Of a stretch of 64,000 nucleotides of DNA, positions 27,264 through 32,429 are shown in pieces. Origin of the DNA: Candidatus Woesearchaeota archaeon (lineage in GTDB: Archaea > Nanobdellota > Nanobdellia > Pacearchaeales > GW2011-AR1); assembly GCA_964514585.1 (NCBI GenBank), contig CAZETU010000002.1, positions 129,486 through 193,485 of the forward strand, written 5' to 3'. The stretch's first letter is position 1; each line of letters opens with the position of its first letter. Position numbers and translations under genes: made by a program. The notes below the pieces were generated by a model, which saw nothing but the letters and a program-made list of their open reading frames with translations, did no database searches and had not been told where the DNA came from.

Positions 27264-27316
27264 AAACGTGGAGCCAGCCAGAGCAATGCTCTGTTCCAGA
27301 TGCTGGCTCCACGTTT
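27264..27316 (-). terminator. 15-bp perfect stem-loop followed by TTTATTGTT on the gene strand
   Basis: AAACGTGGAGCCAGC (27264-27278) pairs with GCTGGCTCCACGTTT (27302-27316). The loop contains its own 6-bp hairpin CAGAGC/GCTCTG. A second hairpin lies at 27325-27360. Confidence 0.5.
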
Positions 27317-27428
27317 GGAAGTATCAGATGCTTACCTTTGGTGGTATGAGGTAGCATCTGCGTTGATTGACTGGAGTTAATTCGCTAGTTGTAAATAGTG
27401 TTCAGCCCCGAGCCGTCGCTGTGATGGG

Positions 27429-27650
27429 TTATTCGTTGTTCGGGTCGGTGATTGTGATGGTAGGGGTGTCGTTGATCGTGGTGATTGGCAAGCTCTTTAT
27501 CCCTTCGCAGAGAAGAATAATGGCAATCCCGATGAGAACGAAATTTATCCCACAGGCGATTGCGAAGTTTTTTTCCTTGCCAATGATCATAACTATGCCC
27601 ATGGTTATTATTGTGAATGCGATGATGATTATGATTAGTGTCCAGGTCAT
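27429..27650 (-). CDS. small membrane protein (73 aa, 2 TM)
   Basis: GAGGAAGG, then 4 nt, then ATG at 27650 (MTWTLIIIIIAFTIITMGIVMII...). The 198-aa track ORF upstream part is rejected. Confidence 0.6.
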   Translation of the reverse strand: MTWTLIIIIIAFTIITMGIVMIIGKEKNFAIACGINFVLIGIAIILLCEGIKSLPITTINDTPTITITDPNNE

Positions 27651-27921
27651 AATACCTTCCTCTAATAGAGTGGTGGATTTGGTGAAAACGATAAAACACA
27701 GAACCGGTTTACTAAGTGGCGTGACTGCTTTCGTCAAAGTTGCCGGTGGCTTTGCGCTTGTTGTTGGAGGTGCGAACTGGGCCGTGATGCGGTCGTGTAA
27801 GTGTCGACCTGACCCAGTTCGCGAATGGCCTATCCCTTTGGAAGCGAACTTAGGGAGGATCCTTCTTTGCCCTAACTGTAAGCTAAGGGCCCAGGATTTT
27901 TTCGGCCACCATCGTAATGAA

Positions 27922-28203
27922 TCAGTTGTGGAGCTGAGTGACTGCGGCTTCAATCTTTTCCGGATCGAATTCACACCCCAGCATCTCCTGTCGGATTTTC
28001 TGGGGGTCAAGGCCGCACACTCCATTTATGGCCACCGCTATTTCTGCAAGTGTTGCGTTGCAGCCATTCTCTGAATGGAGTGTTTTGATGGCTACTTTTG
28101 TGGGAAAGGTTGTCATTAGGGTTTGCGCGATTTCCCTTGTTCCTTTCCCTTTCATCTCTTGCGCCATTCGTTGTGCTGCGTTATGCTTTGTTACTATATT
28201 CAT
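27922..28203 (-). CDS. hypothetical protein (93 aa)
   Basis: AAGGGAG, then 5 nt, then ATG at 28203 (MNIVTKHNAAQRM...). The track start at 28269 would overlap the tRNA-like gene. Confidence 0.55.
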   Translation of the reverse strand: MNIVTKHNAAQRMAQEMKGKGTREIAQTLMTTFPTKVAIKTLHSENGCNATLAEIAVAINGVCGLDPQKIRQEMLGCEFDPEKIEAAVTQLHN

Positions 28204-28263
28204 AACGACTCCCTTCTTGTAGGTTTTTTTCTGTGCTAAGATTTTTGTTCCATTTGTGAATAA

Positions 28264-28338
28264 GGCCAACGGAGGGAATCGAACCCTCGACTTCTGCTAT
28301 TGACTAAGCAGCACTCTACCAAACTGAGTTACGTTGAC
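28264..28338 (-). tRNA. tRNA-like gene with an 8-nt anticodon loop (isotype undetermined; GTC/TCA triplets in the loop)
   Basis: Hand fold: GTCAACG TA ACTC AGTTTGGTA GAGT G CTGCT [TAGTCAAT] AGCAG AAGTC GAGGG TTCGATT CCCTC CGTTGGC C. Confidence 0.7.
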
Positions 28339-28388
28339 CCTGCTGCTTACACCCCGTTATTGTCTTCTCTCCCGTGTTTTGGAGAGAT

Positions 28389-28634
28389 TTAAGCTACATG
28401 GAGTTCTGCCCTTGGTTCCATGATTTCTTGGGTGTATTCTATCACAAGGACTTCTTCGGTTTCGATTCTCTCGATTTCCTTGATGACTCTCGAAATTGTT
28501 CGTTCGAGCCCTTCTTTCAACTTTCCTCCTGACTCCCTTCTTATCTCTTGGATCATGATCTCCCGATTTCCTTTTGCTTCGGGTCCGTGTCCAAGTACCT
28601 CTATGGCGATTTTCTCGATTTGTTGATTTCTCAT
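28389..28634 (-). CDS. hypothetical protein (81 aa), E/K/I-rich
   Basis: AGGAGAAG, then 6 nt, then ATG. Confidence 0.55.
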   Translation of the reverse strand: MRNQQIEKIAIEVLGHGPEAKGNREIMIQEIRRESGGKLKEGLERTISRVIKEIERIETEEVLVIEYTQEIMEPRAELHVA

Positions 28635-28681
28635 TTGTTGCTTCTCCTATTGCTTGGTTCTGGTGCGAGCCGATTGTTGAA

Positions 28682-28755
28682 AACCAGCGGAAGGATTTGA
28701 ACCTTCAACCTTAGCTTTACGAAAGCCACGCTCTAACCAGTTGAGCTACGCTGAT
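28682..28755 (-). tRNA. tRNA-Thr (anticodon CGT), canonical
   Basis: ATCAGCG TA GCTC AACTGGTTA GAGC G TGGCT [TTCGTAA] AGCTA AGGTT GAAGG TTCAAAT CCTTC CGCTGGT T. 7-nt loop with T33 and A37. Confidence 0.85.
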
Positions 28756-28768
28756 TACTTGGCTGATT

Positions 28769-29419
28769 CTAGTGATGCAGTGAGGCCACCAACGCAGAGT
28801 TTTCCTGATTTGCTTTTGGCCTCTTCTCTTTCCCTTCCCTTGATTTTTCTATGAGATCGACCAAGGGTTGTATGTCTATGCTCATTTTTTCGGCCCAGCT
28901 TTTTGCGAGCATGATATCTATTCCATCAAAAAGGGGGTCTTGGGTTTTCATAGCCTCTTTGAGAAAATGGAGGACCATCAGCGGAGTTCCCATTGTCTTA
29001 ATCTCTTCTACCTCTTTTGAGATATCGAGACCAAGGCTATCCGCGTGTATTTCCGCTATTATCAGATCGGTTACCCATCCTCTTTCGCTCTTTAGTGCGA
29101 ATTTTCGAGCTTGTTTGAGAGAGGACGTCATTATATTTTGATGCCCAGTTTTTTCGATACCTCTTGTTTCTTCCGAGATATCGAGCCCAGTTTTTTTCGC
29201 AATGTTTTTGGCCAGTTCCAAATAGGTGACATAGATAATATCCCCCTTCGCTGCGAACTTTCGAGCTCCTTGGAGGTACTTGGTTATGGAAATTTGATTT
29301 TCTGTTGGGGCGGAGGTTTCGATGGGTTCTGTGCTTTTTTCCATCTGAGTGGGGGTGCAAATTCCTCCCAGAATCATGCCTATCAAAGCCAGTGTTACGA
29401 TAACTCTTTCGGTATTCAT
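28769..29419 (-). CDS. membrane-anchored or lipoprotein-like protein with three ~45-aa internal repeats (216 aa)
   Basis: N-terminal hydrophobic segment ending GGIC. Repeats: LQGARKFAAKG..GLDISEETRGIEKTG, LKQARKFALKS..GLDISKEVEEIKTMG and a third degenerate copy. Confidence 0.65.
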   Translation of the reverse strand: MNTERVIVTLALIGMILGGICTPTQMEKSTEPIETSAPTENQISITKYLQGARKFAAKGDIIYVTYLELAKNIAKKTGLDISEETRGIEKTGHQNIMTSSLKQARKFALKSERGWVTDLIIAEIHADSLGLDISKEVEEIKTMGTPLMVLHFLKEAMKTQDPLFDGIDIMLAKSWAEKMSIDIQPLVDLIEKSREGKEKRPKANQENSALVASLHH

Positions 29420-29451
29420 TCTCTTTTCCTTAACTAGGGGTTGGCTGTGAA

Positions 29452-29523
29452 AACCAGCGGAAGGATTCGAATCTTCAACCTTAGCTTTACGAAAGCTATG
29501 CTTTATTGTTGAGCCATGTTAGT
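29452..29523 (-). pseudogene. decayed copy of the tRNA-Thr(CGT) gene
   Basis: The 3' 55 nt are nearly identical to 28682-28736, including the TTCGTAA loop. The 5' acceptor and D arm are mutated (2-nt deletion; the acceptor no longer pairs). Confidence 0.6.
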
Positions 29524-29528
29524 ATAAT

Positions 29529-29627
29529 GTAGGACCCGGTTGCAGAGGAAGGAGAAATGCGCTTGGGGCAGCTGTCTCCATTGCGCCCTTGCAATGCTGC
29601 TCTCATGTGAGGAGAGCCGGGTCCTAC
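29529..29627 (-). ncRNA. candidate structured RNA (~99 nt) closed by an 11-bp helix
   Basis: GTAGGACCCGG (29529-29539) pairs with CCGGGTCCTAC (29617-29627). Internal hairpins are CTCTC/GAGAG, ATTGC/GCAAT and GCAGC/GCTGC. The strand is uncertain. Confidence 0.35.
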
Positions 29628-29640
29628 GTCTTGCGGAGAG

Positions 29641-29760
29641 CTAGATTGCGAAGGCTAGGATTGTGGCGAAACTCGCAAGGACTATTGTGACTACGAGTTT
29701 TAGGTTTTGTTCGCCTTCTTCTTCTGGTGGATTGAGACGTTCTACTTGATATCTTTCCAT
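29641..29760 (-). CDS. micro-ORF, 39-aa C-terminal-TM peptide (MERYQVERLNPPEEEGEQNLKLVVTIVLASFATILAFAI)
   Basis: Not in the track. ATG at 29760, TAG at 29641-29643. Weak RBS. The overlapping 62-aa track ORF is in another frame and is Arg/Ser/Thr-rich. Confidence 0.4.
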   Translation of the reverse strand: MERYQVERLNPPEEEGEQNLKLVVTIVLASFATILAFAI

Positions 29761-29869
29761 CTTGTTGTTCTTCTGTTTGGGTTGTTGACGGTGCATTGTG
29801 ACCTACCATCATATAGAATCAATGGTAGGCGGACGGCGAACCGTCTAGTTTGTGGGGTGTGTCGTTAGG

Positions 29870-31777
29870 TTAGTTGTTTTGCTCTTGGAGGAGTTGTTTG
29901 AGTTTTTCTGGATCAATTCTTGAAGGATCCACTCCTCTGAGCATCGTTTCGACGTCTTGGACTTTTTGCACGCGATCGACTTCTTCGTCGGTGATGGGTT
30001 TTGCTGCCTCGTAGCGTGCCTGCTCTGGGTGTTCTGCCCTTAGTTCCAGGGATATGATGTCGAAGGTTGAAACTGTGATTACCTTCTCTCTGGTTTCAGG
30101 GTATGACACCTTGACCATTTCGTCCGGTGCGATTGCAGCCACTTCTGGATTTCTGAGGGAATAGCTTGTTCTGAATATTTTGCTTATCCCTTCGAGACGG
30201 AATCCGTAGACGGCTTGGCCGTTCGTGAGACTTAGAAGATTGACGCTCACGATCCTTCTTGTTAGGTGGAGAATCTTGGCCGGCATAGCTCCAGGGATGT
30301 GTTGATCTTGGCCGGCGGTTGCGATTTTCTGGGCGTAGTTATCTAGGGCTTCTTCTACTGTCGTCCCTTTCGCCTTTAGGGTGTTTGTAATGTCTGCTAC
30401 CGAGTAGCCTATCATTTGGCTTTCTTGGCACATCGGCATGATGTAAGTCAGTCGTCCGTGTATATTGTACGGAACGAATAAAGCTGGGAGTACTCCCGGA
30501 GACTCTGGCCACAAGGCGTTGCCGGCTTGGTAGATTTCGTTTTCGGTTACACCTTGAGTACTGTAGAAGGTTGTTTCTCCTGTGCATGTGTCGCTGACGA
30601 TGAATCCGGTGAGCGCTAGATCGGACTCCATGCTTGTGAAGCCGCTGTACCATTTGGTTCGTTGGCTTTTGTGGTCGTAGACCATATACCAACCTTTGGT
30701 TGGCTGCTGGGATTTGTCGCTTTGCCATATGGTATACATCCAATCGGCGTTTCGGTACCAGCCCCATTTCTTGATGTTGGATTCGAGTACATCTATTGGC
30801 ATTGCCCGATCGACCCATTTCGGAAGCTCATCGATTGAGTGATGTTCATGTTCGCCGGTTACCAAGTTGAAGGCTACGATACCTGTGACTTGGCGGGCAC
30901 TCCAGCCGTGCTTTCTCTCTATCGTTGAGACGGTGTAGTAAGGGTTCCAGTTGTCGTCTACTTCGAAGGTCCAGTCTTCTAGTATAGTGAAGCGGTAACC
31001 TTCAGCGCGTAATTTGCGCTTTGCTTTATATCCCCAGCAGGCGCTATTGACGTACTTGATATGGATTTCCTCGCCCTGGGCATTATGCTGTACGGCCTGT
31101 CCTTCTTTGTAGGGATCTTCGGCCGAGACTCTGAGGAAGCCTGGAACTTGTGGGTCTCTACGCCATGTTTTCCATCCTTGGAATTCTACGGGGTAGATAT
31201 ACCAAAGATGTTGATTAACGAACTGGATGGTGGGTTCTTCCCCGATTTCGTATCTTGAGCCTGGCACGACATTGTTCGGCATCTTGAACTTGCTAAGGGC
31301 CGTTTGTGCCGCTTTGAATGCTCTTTCCGGGGGCACTTGCAGGATGTGAGCGTTGTCGGAGGGGGTAATGACTTCTGCGAGGTTGCCTTCTATGACTTTG
31401 ACTTCGCCGATTAGCCCCGCTTTTTGCTTGGCATTTGTGGCATCCCATGTTCCGGTGATTACAATCCATAATCCCCAGACGAGCAAGAGGATGATGCCGA
31501 GTGCACCACCTGCGCATCCCGCCGTATCTTCATGGTTTGTCAATGTCCCTATAAACCCGCCGATTATGCATCCGATGACAACTGACCAGAAGACGGGGGT
31601 AGGGCCATAGAAGCCGATTGCTCCGAAGTAATAGACGCAGGACAGTATCAACCCATAAATGGCTCCGCCCAAAACTCCTGCGATAATGGTTTTGCCGAAT
31701 TCCTTTTTCGAGCATACTGCTCCGAAGACGGCGGTTGTTGTGACTGTCGCGATACCGACGATCAATGCGATCCACAT
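29870..31777 (-). CDS. large orphan membrane protein (635 aa): N-terminal Gly-zipper-like TM bundle plus a ~520-aa extracytoplasmic domain
   Basis: GAGG, then 7 nt, then ATG. About 4 N-terminal TM helices rich in GxxxG (GGAIYG, GGFIGT, GCAGGALG). The remainder is W/Y-rich and soluble-looking. No family recognised. Confidence 0.8.
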   Translation of the reverse strand: MWIALIVGIATVTTTAVFGAVCSKKEFGKTIIAGVLGGAIYGLILSCVYYFGAIGFYGPTPVFWSVVIGCIIGGFIGTLTNHEDTAGCAGGALGIILLLVWGLWIVITGTWDATNAKQKAGLIGEVKVIEGNLAEVITPSDNAHILQVPPERAFKAAQTALSKFKMPNNVVPGSRYEIGEEPTIQFVNQHLWYIYPVEFQGWKTWRRDPQVPGFLRVSAEDPYKEGQAVQHNAQGEEIHIKYVNSACWGYKAKRKLRAEGYRFTILEDWTFEVDDNWNPYYTVSTIERKHGWSARQVTGIVAFNLVTGEHEHHSIDELPKWVDRAMPIDVLESNIKKWGWYRNADWMYTIWQSDKSQQPTKGWYMVYDHKSQRTKWYSGFTSMESDLALTGFIVSDTCTGETTFYSTQGVTENEIYQAGNALWPESPGVLPALFVPYNIHGRLTYIMPMCQESQMIGYSVADITNTLKAKGTTVEEALDNYAQKIATAGQDQHIPGAMPAKILHLTRRIVSVNLLSLTNGQAVYGFRLEGISKIFRTSYSLRNPEVAAIAPDEMVKVSYPETREKVITVSTFDIISLELRAEHPEQARYEAAKPITDEEVDRVQKVQDVETMLRGVDPSRIDPEKLKQLLQEQNN

Positions 31778-31856
31778 AATTCTACCTCTCTTTCTTGGAA
31801 GTGTGTGTTTTAGTTAGGACGATTGGTGTTATGTCGTTAGTTTGTGGGGGGTGGTG

Positions 31857-32039
31857 CTAAGGCGTCTTCTTTTCGGTGAGAACATGTCTTTTCATAATCC
31901 TCTTTGTTATTGTGTTTTGCCGTTTTGCCGATCCTTTATGCTTGGCTGTGATCAATGCACCAAAAATGCCTGCTGCCATTGCACTTTTTGGTATCAGCCC
32001 TTTTGCTTCTGAGCACCATACGGGGATTTTGTTGCTCAT
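31857..32039 (-). CDS. small basic protein (60 aa) with one hydrophobic segment
   Basis: AAAGGAGAA, then 5 nt, then ATG. Confidence 0.5.
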   Translation of the reverse strand: MSNKIPVWCSEAKGLIPKSAMAAGIFGALITAKHKGSAKRQNTITKRIMKRHVLTEKKTP

Positions 32040-32051
32040 GCCTGTTCTCCT

Positions 32052-32162
32052 TTACCAAAGAAGTATTGTGATGATGACTGGGAACGTGTGATAAGCTCTC
32101 CAGTTTTCTGCGACCTGTAGACAGAAAATCTGGATTACCCACTTATTGGGTTCTTTCTTCAT
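32052..32162 (-). CDS. micro-ORF, 36-aa peptide (MKKEPNKWVIQIFCLQVAENWRAYHTFPVIITILLW)
   Basis: Not in the track. GAGGAGAA, then 6 nt, then ATG at 32162. Its stop lies 12 nt before the next start. First gene of the array. Confidence 0.4.
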   Translation of the reverse strand: MKKEPNKWVIQIFCLQVAENWRAYHTFPVIITILLW

Positions 32163-32203
32163 GCTTGTTTCTCCTCATAGGCTATTCCGTGTTTTATCGT
32201 CGA

Positions 32204-32317
32204 CGAAATACCGTAAATCTGGGGTATTTCGATTGATTTCGCGTTTGCGAAGCTAAGAATTCTTCTTTGAAAAATACCTTATTTCACGAAATTTTTGGTT
32301 TTTCCGTGAGGTATTTT
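32204..32317. promoter_or_regulatory. two inverted-repeat pairs of a GAAATACC-like motif upstream of the block's first gene (operator or leader hairpins)
   Basis: CGAAATACC (32204-32212) with GGTATTTCG (32223-32231). AAAATACCT (32271-32279) with AGGTATTTT (32309-32317), plus inner CACG/CGTG. Confidence 0.4.
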
Positions 32318-32429
32318 CATGTTTTTCTTCCACGTTTTTGTTTGTATCTTGTATATCTAGAATTCAGGCATGAGGCTTGAATTGTTATGTAGTTATTTGT
32401 GGAAGAGGTAATGTATTTGTAAATATAAT

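Larger units (their letters stand above)
23690..32330 (-). other. compositionally foreign ~8.6 kb block: one-strand array of SD-led small genes, lipoproteins and tRNA-like genes, with no mobility genes recognised
   Basis: Abrupt loss of the G+T-rich/C-poor coding-strand bias. All ORFs and tRNA-like genes are on the minus strand. AAGGAGG-type RBS, GC-rich hairpins after stops and a lipobox signal peptide are present. The edges are approximate. Confidence 0.75.

Noticed and set aside
27367-28074. 235-aa plus-strand ORF and the 198-aa minus-strand ORF (27429..28025) in the foreign block.
   Set aside because: The plus-strand ORF is antisense to SD-led small genes and has a shadow-like composition. 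Only the last 73 codons of the 198-aa frame look coding and have their own RBS. The upstream part spans hairpin-rich non-coding DNA.
29529-29627. Twister or hammerhead self-cleaving ribozyme.
   Set aside because: Only a short CCCAAGC resemblance to twister is present. There is no CUGAUGA/GAAA hammerhead core and no AUAAAAG-type twister core.
23690-32330. Alternative genetic code or stop-codon reassignment in the foreign block, suggested by UCA-containing tRNA-like loops.
   Set aside because: Well-formed ORFs in the block terminate at TAA, TAG and TGA alike (for example 29870 TAA, 28769 TAG and 27922 TGA). The 635-aa gene is open under the standard code.
23690-32330. Calling the block a prophage, integrative element or transposon.
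   Set aside because: I could not recognise an integrase, transposase, terminal inverted repeats, flanking direct repeats, or structural or replication genes by eye. It is therefore described only as a compositionally foreign block.
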